Shown here one piece after another: positions 9,511 to 18,281 of a DNA stretch of 64,000 nt (its first letter is position 1; the number at the start of each line of letters is the position of its first letter). The notes beneath the pieces are model-generated. The model was not told the origin of the DNA and searched no databases. It saw nothing but the letters and a program-made list of their open reading frames with translations. A program made the translations under genes and the position numbers. Source of the DNA: an uncultured Candidatus Entotheonella sp. (GTDB lineage Bacteria > Tectomicrobia > Entotheonellia > Entotheonellales > Entotheonellaceae); NCBI GenBank assembly GCA_965217185.1, contig OZ244252.1, positions 1,408,001 through 1,472,000 on the forward strand. The letters are read 5' to 3'.

Positions 9511-10572
9511 ATGCCTGAAAGAAGAGCGGCCCATTTTGCTTGTGAAACTGCAGCGGCGCGGCGCGGCGCTCTGCTGCGGGGCCTGATCGCTCTGACCCTG
9601 CTGGCGCTCATCGGTTGGCCGGTGATCGCCCTGTCCCAAACGCTGACCGTCTATTCTGGCCGGGGAGAGAAATTCACCAAGCCCGTGTTGGAGGCTTTTA
9701 CGAAGCAGACAGGTATCGCCGTGCAGGTGCAAACGGGTGCCTCCGGCGCCTTGCTGGCCAAGCTGCGGGTAGAAGGCGAGCGTAGCCCGGCGGATGTCTT
9801 CATTACGAACTACGTTGGCGTGCTGGCGGAGGCTCGGCGGCACGGCTTGCTGGCGCCGGTGACTGTACCGACGCTGACGCAGATCGCCCCCGAGTTTCGC
9901 GCTGTGGATGATACGTGGCTGGCATTCTCGGCACGCCTGCGGGTCATCGTGTACAACACCGGCATGATCCAGCCCGGCGCCATCACCTCGCTGCTGGAGC
10001 TCGCCGATCCCAAATGGCAGGGTCAGGTGGGCACGGTGACGAGCGGCAACCAGTCGTTTATCGGCGGCCTCAGCGCCATCTATGCGCTGCAGGGCGAGGC
10101 GGCCACCGAGGCGTTCCTGCGCGGCCTCAAGGCCAACTCGCAGGGACGGGTGCTGCCGAAGCACACGCCGGTGGTTTCGGCCGTGGCGGCCGGGCAGTTT
10201 CCCCTGGGCTACGTGAATCATTATTACTACTACCGTCATAAGGCCAAGGAACCAGACGCGCCGCTGGACATCCTGATACCGGATCAGCAGGACGGCCAAA
10301 TGGGCGCCGTGGTCACGGTTGCCGGCGCCGCCATCCTCAAGGCAGCCAAGAACCCGGAGGCGGCTCAGGAATTTATGGCTTTCTTGATTTCCCCCGCCGG
10401 CCAACAGATATTTGCGGCGGTCAACTACGAGTATCCTGTCAACCCGAGCGTTCCTGCCCATGAAGCCGTTGTTCCGCGCGACCGCATCAAGATCGCGCCG
10501 GTCAATTTGTCGATGGCACACGCCAGCCGCGACAAGGCGATCGCGTTGATCGACAAGGTTGGGTTGGACTAG
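9511..10572 (+). CDS. fbpA: Fe3+ ABC transporter substrate-binding protein (FbpA/FutA-like)
   Basis: LTVYSGR, EGERSPADVF, RLRVIVYN, LADPKWQG, VNHYYYY iron-binding tyrosines, NYEYPV; signal-peptide-like N-terminus. Confidence 0.88.
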   Translation: MPERRAAHFACETAAARRGALLRGLIALTLLALIGWPVIALSQTLTVYSGRGEKFTKPVLEAFTKQTGIAVQVQTGASGALLAKLRVEGERSPADVFITNYVGVLAEARRHGLLAPVTVPTLTQIAPEFRAVDDTWLAFSARLRVIVYNTGMIQPGAITSLLELADPKWQGQVGTVTSGNQSFIGGLSAIYALQGEAATEAFLRGLKANSQGRVLPKHTPVVSAVAAGQFPLGYVNHYYYYRHKAKEPDAPLDILIPDQQDGQMGAVVTVAGAAILKAAKNPEAAQEFMAFLISPAGQQIFAAVNYEYPVNPSVPAHEAVVPRDRIKIAPVNLSMAHASRDKAIALIDKVGLD

Positions 10573-10575
10573 ACC

Positions 10576-12204
10576 GTGCACGGGGTTGCTGCCGCTCAGG
10601 CTTCATGGCCGCGCCATGCCGGCCCTTGGCGTCCCAAGCCGCTGAGCCTGATCGCGTTGGGCGTGGCACTGCTCATCGTTATGCCGCTGGCCTACGTGGT
10701 CGGCAACGCCCTGCTGGTGTCGGGCGACGTGTGGGTGCAGCTATGGCAGGGCCGGGTACCGGAACTGTTGTTCAACACCCTGCGTTTGGCGGCGGGGGTG
10801 GCCGTCGTCACTTTGGTCTGCGGAGTTGCTCTGGCGTGGCTGGTGGTGCGCTACGATTTCCCCGGACGGCGGGTGTGGACTTGGCTGCTGGCGGCACCGC
10901 TCGGCATCCCGCCCTACATCATGGCCTACGTGTATACGGAGTTGTTCGCTTACTGGGGCCCTTTGCGGCCTCTTGTACAGGGCGTACTCGGACCCGACGC
11001 TCAGTTGCCGGCTCTGTACGATTCATTTCCGGGCGCTGTGCTGATCCTCAGCCTCGCCACCTATCCTTACGTGTATTTGTTGAGCCGCGCCGCCTTCCTG
11101 CGGACCAACGTGGCCTACGAGGAGGCCGCACGGCTGTCCGGCGCGGGGCGCTGGCGCTGTTGGCTGCGGGTGGTGCTGCCGATGCAACGGCCAGCGGTTG
11201 CGGCGGGATTATTTCTCGTCTGCCTGTATGTCATGGCGGACTTCGGCGCCGTGTCGATTCTGCGCTATTCGACGTTCACGCGGGCGGTGTACGTGCAGAT
11301 GACCGGGCGCTACGACCTGATGGGGGCCGCCGCCCTGAGCCTGATGCTGGTGGTGCTAAGCCTCGCCTTCTTTGCGGCTGAGCGCCATTTTCGCCGCCGT
11401 AGCCGGTTCTATCAGACTACCGCGGGATATCGTCCCGGCAGCCGCGCGGCGCTGACGCGCTGGCACGCCGCCTTGGCATGCTGCGCCTGTACGGCTGTGT
11501 TCGGGTTGGCCTTCGGCGTCCCGGTGGCATACCTTGGCGTGGAGGCTGCGACCCACATCAGCGAGGGCGCTCTGGACGGCGCCTTCTGGGGCTACGCGCG
11601 CAACAGCTTCCTGGGCGCTGCCGCGGCCGCTACGGTTGCCGTCGCCTGCGCGGTGCCGATGGCCTACGTCGCCCTGCGGCGTCCGAGTCGCGGCCACAGC
11701 CTGTTACTGCATGCCGCCTACGCCGGCTACGTGTTGCCGGGACCGATCGTCGCCTTGGGTCTGATCTTCTGCACAGCGCACCTGATGTCCCCGGTTTATG
11801 GGACCGTGGCGGTCGTCGTGCTGGCCTACCTAGTGCGTTTCTTTCCGCAGTGTTTGCAGGCCGGGGAGGCGGCGCTGCACCAGATCACCCCCGCGCTTGA
11901 GGAAGCCGGGCGCTCCGCGGGAGTTCCCCTCTGGCGGGTGCTATGGCGCGTCACGCTGCCGCTCATGCGCCCGGGATTGGTCACCGGCTGGGTTCTGGTC
12001 TTCGTCAACGCGATGAAGGAACTTCCTGCCACGCTGTTGCTTCGTCCTGTCGGTTTTGACACCCTGGCGGTGCGTATCTGGATCGAAACCAGCGAGGAAT
12101 TTTACGCCCAGGCGGCGCCGGCGGCGTTGCTGCTGATTTTGGTAACGCTTCCCCTCTTGGCCTTCGCGCTGTCATACGGCAGTGCACAAAGGAGCACCGC
12201 ATGA
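10576..12204 (+). CDS. fbpB: Fe3+ ABC transporter permease
   Basis: Two EAA loops (EEAARLSG, EEAGRSAG), YPYVYL, DFGAV, KELPATLLLRP. Confidence 0.88.
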   Translation: MHGVAAAQASWPRHAGPWRPKPLSLIALGVALLIVMPLAYVVGNALLVSGDVWVQLWQGRVPELLFNTLRLAAGVAVVTLVCGVALAWLVVRYDFPGRRVWTWLLAAPLGIPPYIMAYVYTELFAYWGPLRPLVQGVLGPDAQLPALYDSFPGAVLILSLATYPYVYLLSRAAFLRTNVAYEEAARLSGAGRWRCWLRVVLPMQRPAVAAGLFLVCLYVMADFGAVSILRYSTFTRAVYVQMTGRYDLMGAAALSLMLVVLSLAFFAAERHFRRRSRFYQTTAGYRPGSRAALTRWHAALACCACTAVFGLAFGVPVAYLGVEAATHISEGALDGAFWGYARNSFLGAAAAATVAVACAVPMAYVALRRPSRGHSLLLHAAYAGYVLPGPIVALGLIFCTAHLMSPVYGTVAVVVLAYLVRFFPQCLQAGEAALHQITPALEEAGRSAGVPLWRVLWRVTLPLMRPGLVTGWVLVFVNAMKELPATLLLRPVGFDTLAVRIWIETSEEFYAQAAPAALLLILVTLPLLAFALSYGSAQRSTA

Positions 12205-13259
12205 CCTCGGTATTATCCCTGCAGGCGATCGGCAAGACTTTCGAGCCTGGCGTGCCGGTGCTGCAGGACGTCTCGCTGCGCATCGAGCCTGGTGCCATGG
12301 TCTGTCTGCTTGGCCCCAGCGGCTGCGGCAAGACCACGCTGCTGCGCCTGATCGCGGGATTCGAGGAGCCCGACGCCGGTGCAATTCACTTGGGGGGCCA
12401 ACTGGTCAGTCGTCCCGGCCACGTGGTGGCGCCGGAAAAACGCCACATTGGCATGGTGTTTCAGGATTACGCCCTCTTCCCACATATGACGGTGGCCCAG
12501 AACATTGTGTTTGGCTTGTTTCGCCGCCCGGCTACCCACCGCGACCGCCGCCTTGCCGACCTGCTGCAACTGGTGGGTCTGCAGGACATGGCCGAACGTT
12601 ATCCGCACGAGCTCTCCGGCGGCCAGCAGCAACGCGTCGCTCTGGCTCGCGCCCTGGCTCCCGGTCCGCAACTCCTGCTGCTCGATGAACCGTTCAGCAA
12701 TCTGGACGTCAACCTGCGTCGCCAGCTTAGGCAGGAGATGCAGGACGTTTTGCGGCGGACGGACATGACCACCATTCTCGTTACCCACGATCAGGAAGAA
12801 GCCCTCAGCCTTGCCGACACGCTCGCCATTCTCGATCAGGGCCGCGTCGTGCAATACGACACCCCGGAAACCATCGTGCAACGCCCCAGCACCCGTTTCG
12901 TTGCCGAGTTCCTCGCCCTCGGCCACTTCCTGCCGGGCGAAATTCGCGACCACTGCATCGTCACCGAAATGGGTCCCGTCCGCCTTGATTCCGACATGCC
13001 CGCCACCCCGGACGGCTGCCGCGAAGTCGACCTCCTGATTCCGCCCGAATGCCTCACGCTGTGCGACAACGGCCACGGCATCCGTGCCCGGGTAACGCAG
13101 ATTACCTTTCACGGCACCCGCAAGCTCTACACTGTCCGCCTTCCCTCCGGGGCCTACTTGCAAGGCCTCTGCGCCCACGATGCCCCCCTGCAAACCGGCG
13201 CGCAAATCAACGTGCGCTATGAACCCACGGTTCTGATTACCTTCCCCAGCGAGCCTTGA
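12201..13259 (+). CDS. fbpC: Fe3+ ABC transporter ATPase
   Basis: GPSGCGKT, FQDYALFPH, LSGGQQQR, LLLDEP; C-terminal TOBE-like region. Confidence 0.88.
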   Translation: MTSVLSLQAIGKTFEPGVPVLQDVSLRIEPGAMVCLLGPSGCGKTTLLRLIAGFEEPDAGAIHLGGQLVSRPGHVVAPEKRHIGMVFQDYALFPHMTVAQNIVFGLFRRPATHRDRRLADLLQLVGLQDMAERYPHELSGGQQQRVALARALAPGPQLLLLDEPFSNLDVNLRRQLRQEMQDVLRRTDMTTILVTHDQEEALSLADTLAILDQGRVVQYDTPETIVQRPSTRFVAEFLALGHFLPGEIRDHCIVTEMGPVRLDSDMPATPDGCREVDLLIPPECLTLCDNGHGIRARVTQITFHGTRKLYTVRLPSGAYLQGLCAHDAPLQTGAQINVRYEPTVLITFPSEP

Positions 13260-13322
13260 TTGACTTGCTGCTGACTTGGTTTAATGTAACCGGTTATCGA
13301 AACGCAAGCGGGAGATACCGGC

Positions 13323-13730
13323 ATGGCGGAACACATGGACGAACGTTTTCTCGGTATCGAGAAGCGCATGGAGCAGGGATTTACCCATGCCGAAAAGGCG
13401 CGGGAACAGGACTTTGTTCATATCAACCAGCGTCTGGACGACATGAACAAGCGCTTCGATGACATGAACAAGCGTTTCGATGCCATGAACAGGCGATTTG
13501 ACGCTCTGAACCAGAGCGTCGATCAGCGCTTCGACGACATGAACAAACGCTTTGACGACATGAATCAGAGTGTCAATCAGCGTTTCGATGCCATGAACAG
13601 GCGCTTCGATGACATGAACCAGAGCGTCAATCGGCGCTTCGACGACTTGAGGAATACGATGTTGATGCTATACATCCCCGTTGTCCTGGCCATTTTGGGC
13701 GCGGTGGTGAAGTATCTTTTCTTCCAGTGA
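13323..13730 (+). CDS. heptad-repeat coiled-coil protein with C-terminal membrane anchor
   Basis: Repeated N(K/R/Q)RFD(D/A)M with NQSV inserts; hydrophobic C-terminus; GGGAG RBS. Confidence 0.75.
   Translation: MAEHMDERFLGIEKRMEQGFTHAEKAREQDFVHINQRLDDMNKRFDDMNKRFDAMNRRFDALNQSVDQRFDDMNKRFDDMNQSVNQRFDAMNRRFDDMNQSVNRRFDDLRNTMLMLYIPVVLAILGAVVKYLFFQ
13425..13649 (+). repeat. coding tandem repeat (21-bp units with 12-bp inserts)
   Basis: About ten copies of variants of AACAAGCGCTTCGATGACATG plus three AACCAGAGCGTC-type inserts. Confidence 0.8.
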
Positions 13731-13832
13731 TAGAAAACCCTCCCCCACCAGCTCCGTAGCGTGCAGCGCAAATAACGTCAAAATACCCACTCATAAGGAG
13801 GTTGCCGTCAGACGCCCCCGGTTGTATAAATG

Positions 13833-13857
13833 AATAATGATAACGGTTTTCATTATT
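13833..13857. promoter_or_regulatory. putative Fur box / AT-rich operator
   Basis: AATAATGATAAC-G-GTTTTCATTATT: 12-1-12 palindrome with one mismatched pair; core TGATAAC-G-GTTTTCA resembles the Fur 7-1-7 box. Confidence 0.7.
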
Positions 13858-13900
13858 ATATTGCCGACGAGTAACTCCGCCGGCGCCGGAGGGACCTCTT

Positions 13901-14149
13901 ATGGATTCGGTTGTTGCAGACATACAGGAAAGCCTGCTCCAGGACTTCGGCAGCCGGCTGCGGCATATGCGCAAGCTGCGGCGGCTTCGGCAACTGGACA
14001 TGGCCTCGTTCGGGTTGAGCTACAAGTACTACCAGCGGATCGAGGCGGGCCAGGTGAACCCCACCTTGATCACCCTGCATCGGCTGGCATCGGCGTTCAA
14101 TGTGTCGGTATACGATTTCTTCCGCCCGGAAGTGACGACGGAGGCATGA
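13901..14149 (+). CDS. XRE-family HTH regulator
   Basis: FGSRLRHMRK...YYQRIEAGQVNPTLITLHRLASAFNV, typical HTH_3 pattern; 82 aa. Confidence 0.8.
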   Translation: MDSVVADIQESLLQDFGSRLRHMRKLRRLRQLDMASFGLSYKYYQRIEAGQVNPTLITLHRLASAFNVSVYDFFRPEVTTEA

Positions 14150-14258
14150 GGCTGCCCAATTTGCGCAGGCCGTACACCGTTCGGCGTTGGGCGCTCCGCT
14201 TCACGCTCATTGAATCAAGTGCCTGACACGTCCATCCTCCCTACGTGCAGGCGCGCCG

Positions 14259-14288
14259 GTGGCAGGGGTCGGCGGAGGCCCCTGCCAC
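14259..14288. other. strong GC hairpin
   Basis: GTGGCAGGGGTC-GGCGGA-GGCCCCTGCCAC, 12-bp stem with one G:T pair, no U-tract. Confidence 0.5.
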
Positions 14289-14344
14289 TCCCTGAATCAC
14301 CCTGAGAGGTGCGATCCGCAACAACGCACCGCTCCCAGACCTGG

Positions 14345-14373
14345 GTGCAATTTCCGGCCACTCACCTTATACT
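14345..14373 (+). promoter_or_regulatory. candidate sigma70 promoter for yejB
   Basis: GTGCAA-17 nt-TATACT, about 56 nt upstream of the ATG. Confidence 0.4.
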
Positions 14374-14429
14374 GCCCTGTCTTTTCGGACAGCCAGTCAA
14401 CCCGCCCAATAAGGTGAATCCCCGCTCTG

Positions 14430-15551
14430 ATGCTTGCCTATATCATTCGCCGCTTGATTCTGATCGTGCCCACCCTGTTCGGCATTATGCTGATCAATTT
14501 TTTCGTCATTCAGATCGTGCCGGGCGGTCCGGTGGAGCAGTTGCTGGCAGAGCTCTCGGGCGAGGCCATCGAGGCGACCGCTCGCTTCGGCGGTGCGGCG
14601 TCGGACGACCCCATGGGGCGACAGACCCAGGAGCAGGCTGCGGGCGGTGCCTCAACCAGCGTCACCAGCAAATACCGCGGCGCCCGCGGGCTCGATCCGG
14701 ATCTGGTGCGCGAGATTGAGGTCATGTACGGGCTGGACAAGCCGCTGCACGTGCGCTTTGTGGACATGATGCGCTCGTATCTCACCTTCGACTTCGGCGA
14801 CAGTTTCTTTCAGGACCGGCCCGTGGTGGATCTCGTCCTGGACAAAATGCCCGTGTCCATCTCCCTCGGCCTGTGGACCACCTTTCTCGTTTATCTCATC
14901 TCCATCCCGCTCGGTATCAGCAAGGCGGTGCGCGACGGCACCCGCTTCGACGTGACCACCAGCAGCGTCATCACCGTCGGCTACGCCATCCCCAGTTTCC
15001 TGTTTGCTCTCATTCTCATCATCCTTTTCGCCGGCGGGCGTTACGTGTCGTGGTTTCCGCTGCGCGGCCTGACGTCGGAAAACTGGGCCGACCTGAGCGC
15101 CATGAGCAAGGTGGTCGATTACCTGTGGCACCTGGTGCTGCCCATCATCGCCATGGTGATCGGCGGTTTCGCCACCCTCACCCTGCTGACCAAAAACTCC
15201 TTCCTCGACCAGATCGGCATGCAATACGTCATGACCGCCCGCGCCAAGGGGCTGAGCGAGCGCCGGGTGTTATACGGCCACGTGTTTCGCAACGCCATGC
15301 TGATCGTCATCGCCGGGTTTCCGGGCGCCTTCATCAGCATTTTCTTCTCGGGCGCGCTGCTCATCGAGGTGATCTTCTCGCTCGACGGCCTGGGCCTACT
15401 GGGGTACGAGGCGGCCATCAAGCGCGACTACCCCATCATGTTCGCCTCCCTCTACTTCTTCTCCCTGTTGGGCTTGGTGATGGGCATCGTCAGCGACCTG
15501 ATGTACGCCTTCATTGATCCGCGCATCGACTTCGCCTCCCGGGAGGTGTGA
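14430..15551 (+). CDS. yejB: microcin C/oligopeptide ABC permease
   Basis: MLAYIIRRLILIVPTLFGI, PGGPVEQ, KYRGARGLDP, TKNSFLD, YGHVFRNAML. Confidence 0.92.
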   Translation: MLAYIIRRLILIVPTLFGIMLINFFVIQIVPGGPVEQLLAELSGEAIEATARFGGAASDDPMGRQTQEQAAGGASTSVTSKYRGARGLDPDLVREIEVMYGLDKPLHVRFVDMMRSYLTFDFGDSFFQDRPVVDLVLDKMPVSISLGLWTTFLVYLISIPLGISKAVRDGTRFDVTTSSVITVGYAIPSFLFALILIILFAGGRYVSWFPLRGLTSENWADLSAMSKVVDYLWHLVLPIIAMVIGGFATLTLLTKNSFLDQIGMQYVMTARAKGLSERRVLYGHVFRNAMLIVIAGFPGAFISIFFSGALLIEVIFSLDGLGLLGYEAAIKRDYPIMFASLYFFSLLGLVMGIVSDLMYAFIDPRIDFASREV

Positions 15552-15554
15552 GCC

Positions 15555-16580
15555 GTGACGCCCTTGAATCAGCGACGCTGGGCCAATTTCCGAGCCAACC
15601 GGCGCGGCCACTACTGCCTGTGGATATTCACCCTGCTGTTCGTGGTCACCCTGTTCGCCGAATTTCTCGCCAACGACAAACCGCTGCTCGTCTACTTCGA
15701 CGGCGACCTGCTGGTGCCGGTGGTGGCGCAATTTCCCGAGACCCGCTTCGGCGGGGAATTTCCGACCGAAGCCGATTATCGTGACGAGTACGTCGTCGAG
15801 CTGATTGAAGCCAAGGGCTGGATGGTATGGCCCCTCATCCCGTTCGCCTACGACACCATCGTGCGCGGCCGGCGGGCGCCGGCGCCGCCGTCGGCGGTGA
15901 ACTGGCTGGGTACCGACGACCACAGCCGCGACGTGCTGGCGCGCCTCATTTACGGCTTCCGCATTTCGGTGCTGTTCGGCCTCGTGCTGACGGTGTTTTC
16001 CATGCTCATCGGCGTCTCGGCGGGCGCCGTGCAGGGCTATTTCGGCGGCTGGCTCGATCTCACCCTGCAGCGGCTGATGGAGGTGTGGTCGTCCATGCCC
16101 ACGCTCTATCTGTTGATCATCCTGTCGAGCGTCGTGCAGCCGAATTTCTGGTGGCTGCTAGGCATTCTGCTGCTGTTCAGTTGGATGGGCTACGTCGGGG
16201 TGGTGCGCGCCGAGTTTCTGCGGGCGAGAAACTTCGACTTCGTGCGGGCGGCGCGAGCGCTCGGCGTGTCGAACGCGGTGATCATGTTCCGCCACGTCCT
16301 GCCCAACGCCACGGTGGCCACCATCACCTTCCTGCCGTTCAGCCTCAGCGGCGCGGTGACGGCCCTCACGGCCCTGGACTTTCTGGGCTTCGGCCTGCCG
16401 CCCGGCTCGGCCTCGCTGGGCGAAATGGTGACCCAAGGTCGCAACAATCTGCACGCCCCGTGGCTGGGGCTGACGAGCTTTTTCACTCTGGGAATCATGC
16501 TGATCTTGCTGATTTTTACGGGCGAAGCGGTGCGCGACGCCTTTGACCCCCGCAAGACCTTTGCGGCCCGGCCGGAGTAA
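15555..16580 (+). CDS. yejE: microcin C/oligopeptide ABC permease
   Basis: PLNQRRW..FRANRRG, AEFLANDKP, LGTDD.SRDVLAR, GEAVRDAFDPRK. Confidence 0.92.
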   Translation: MTPLNQRRWANFRANRRGHYCLWIFTLLFVVTLFAEFLANDKPLLVYFDGDLLVPVVAQFPETRFGGEFPTEADYRDEYVVELIEAKGWMVWPLIPFAYDTIVRGRRAPAPPSAVNWLGTDDHSRDVLARLIYGFRISVLFGLVLTVFSMLIGVSAGAVQGYFGGWLDLTLQRLMEVWSSMPTLYLLIILSSVVQPNFWWLLGILLLFSWMGYVGVVRAEFLRARNFDFVRAARALGVSNAVIMFRHVLPNATVATITFLPFSLSGAVTALTALDFLGFGLPPGSASLGEMVTQGRNNLHAPWLGLTSFFTLGIMLILLIFTGEAVRDAFDPRKTFAARPE

Positions 16581-16597
16581 TCCCCCTCGGAGGTGGC

Positions 16598-18235
16598 ATG
16601 GCAGCGTTGCTGGACATACAAGACCTGGCGGTCGATTTCCGCACCGAGGGCGGCGCCGTGCATGCCGTCAAGGGGCTGTCCATGTCGATTGAGCGCGGCG
16701 AAACCGTCGCCCTGGTCGGCGAGTCTGGTTCCGGCAAGTCGGTCACGGCGCTTAGCGTTTTGCAATTGCTGCCCTACCCCACCGCTTCGCACCCCGGCGG
16801 CAGCATCCGGCTGGACGGCCAAGAGTTGCTTGGCGCGACCGCCTCAACGATGCGCTCGGTGCGCGGCAACCGCGTCGCCATGGTCTTCCAGGAGCCCATG
16901 ACGTCGCTCAACCCGCTTCACTCCATCGAGAAGCAGCTCGGCGAAACGCTGCGGTTGCACAAGGGCATGGGAAAGACGGCGGCGCGACAGAGAACCCTGG
17001 AACTGCTGCACCTGGTCGGTCTGGCCGAAGCAGAGAAACGCCTGACCGCCTTCCCGCACGAACTTTCCGGCGGCCAGCGCCAGCGCGTCATGATCGCCAT
17101 GGCGCTGGCCAACGAACCCGCCCTGCTGATCGCCGACGAACCCACAACCGCCCTCGATGTCACCATCCAGGCGCAGATTCTGCAACTGCTCAAGAGCCTG
17201 CAGCGCCGGTTCAACATGGCGATGCTGTTCATCACCCACGATCTGACCATCGTGCGCAAGGTGGCCGACCGCGTCTGCGTCATGCAGCACGGCGACATCG
17301 TCGAAAGCGGCGCCACCGGTCGCATTTTCGAGGCCCCCGCCCATCCCTACACCCAGCAGCTAATCCAGGCGCAGCCGAGCGGCACGGCACCGTCCGCCGC
17401 GATTGCTTCGTCTCTCATACGGACCGAAGACCTCCGGGTCTGGTACCCCATCCGCGCCGGCCTGCTTCGCCGCACCGTCGATCACATCAAGGCGGTGGAC
17501 GGCCTTACCCTCACCGTGCACACCGGCCAGACGGTCGGCGTTGTCGGCGAATCCGGCTCCGGCAAGACCACCCTGGGCTTGGCGCTGCTGCGGCTCATCG
17601 CCTCGCGCGGCGCCATTTATTTCCGCGATACCCTCATCCAGGGACTGAAGTCGCGCGCCCTGCGGCCGCTGCGGCGGGAAATGCAGATCATCTTCCAGGA
17701 CCCGTTCGGAAGCCTGAGCCCGCGGTTGTCGATTGCCCAGATCATCGAAGAGGGCCTCAAGGTGCACGGTACGGTAAGCACCGCCGAGGCGCGCGAGGAA
17801 AGCATCATCGCCGCACTGCAAGAAGTGGGGCTCGATCCGGAAAGCCGGCACCGCTATCCGCACGAGTTTTCGGGCGGCCAGCGACAGCGGGTGGCCATCG
17901 CCCGCGCTCTCGTGCTCAAGCCCGCCTTCATCGTCCTGGACGAGCCGACGTCTTCGCTCGACGTCAGCGTGCAGGCGCAGATACTCGTCCTGCTGCGCCA
18001 ACTCCAGCGCGACCACAATCTCGCTTACCTGTTCATCAGCCACGACCTGAAGGTCGTGCGTGCGATGGCCAACTATCTGGTGGTCATGTACCATGGCAAG
18101 GTCGTTGAAGAAGGCCCTACCGAGGCGATTTTCGAGCATCCCCAAGACGCCTACACCAAGCGCTTGCTGGCCGCCTCGCTTGACCTGGATTCGGTGTCTG
18201 ATCTGGGCGAATCGGGTAGCGATTCGGGACTCTAA
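16598..18235 (+). CDS. yejF: dual-domain ABC ATPase
   Basis: Two GESGSGK Walker A motifs and two SGGQRQR signatures; follows yejBE. Confidence 0.9.
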   Translation: MAALLDIQDLAVDFRTEGGAVHAVKGLSMSIERGETVALVGESGSGKSVTALSVLQLLPYPTASHPGGSIRLDGQELLGATASTMRSVRGNRVAMVFQEPMTSLNPLHSIEKQLGETLRLHKGMGKTAARQRTLELLHLVGLAEAEKRLTAFPHELSGGQRQRVMIAMALANEPALLIADEPTTALDVTIQAQILQLLKSLQRRFNMAMLFITHDLTIVRKVADRVCVMQHGDIVESGATGRIFEAPAHPYTQQLIQAQPSGTAPSAAIASSLIRTEDLRVWYPIRAGLLRRTVDHIKAVDGLTLTVHTGQTVGVVGESGSGKTTLGLALLRLIASRGAIYFRDTLIQGLKSRALRPLRREMQIIFQDPFGSLSPRLSIAQIIEEGLKVHGTVSTAEAREESIIAALQEVGLDPESRHRYPHEFSGGQRQRVAIARALVLKPAFIVLDEPTSSLDVSVQAQILVLLRQLQRDHNLAYLFISHDLKVVRAMANYLVVMYHGKVVEEGPTEAIFEHPQDAYTKRLLAASLDLDSVSDLGESGSDSGL

Positions 18236-18281
18236 ACCGGCTCATCCGTGCGGAAAACAGGACGGCAAGATCGGGCGAACG

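Noticed and set aside
9268..10581. 438-aa N-terminal extension of the Fur ORF (754-aa call)
   Set aside because: Antisense shadow of fbpA and the promoter region; Fur homology starts at MPDELE (9267).
13425..13649. Possible CRISPR array
   Set aside because: No unique spacers; repeats vary at synonymous positions within an ORF; no cas genes.
13901..14149. XRE protein as R-M controller (C protein)
   Set aside because: 4 kb and three yej genes away from the R-M pair; controllers normally lie directly upstream of the endonuclease.
14338..14366. Resemblance to a tRNA/tmRNA 3' end (att remnant): GACCTGGGTGCAATTTCCGGCCACTCACC
   Set aside because: Imperfect T-arm, no CCA, no integrase nearby; better explained as promoter sequence.
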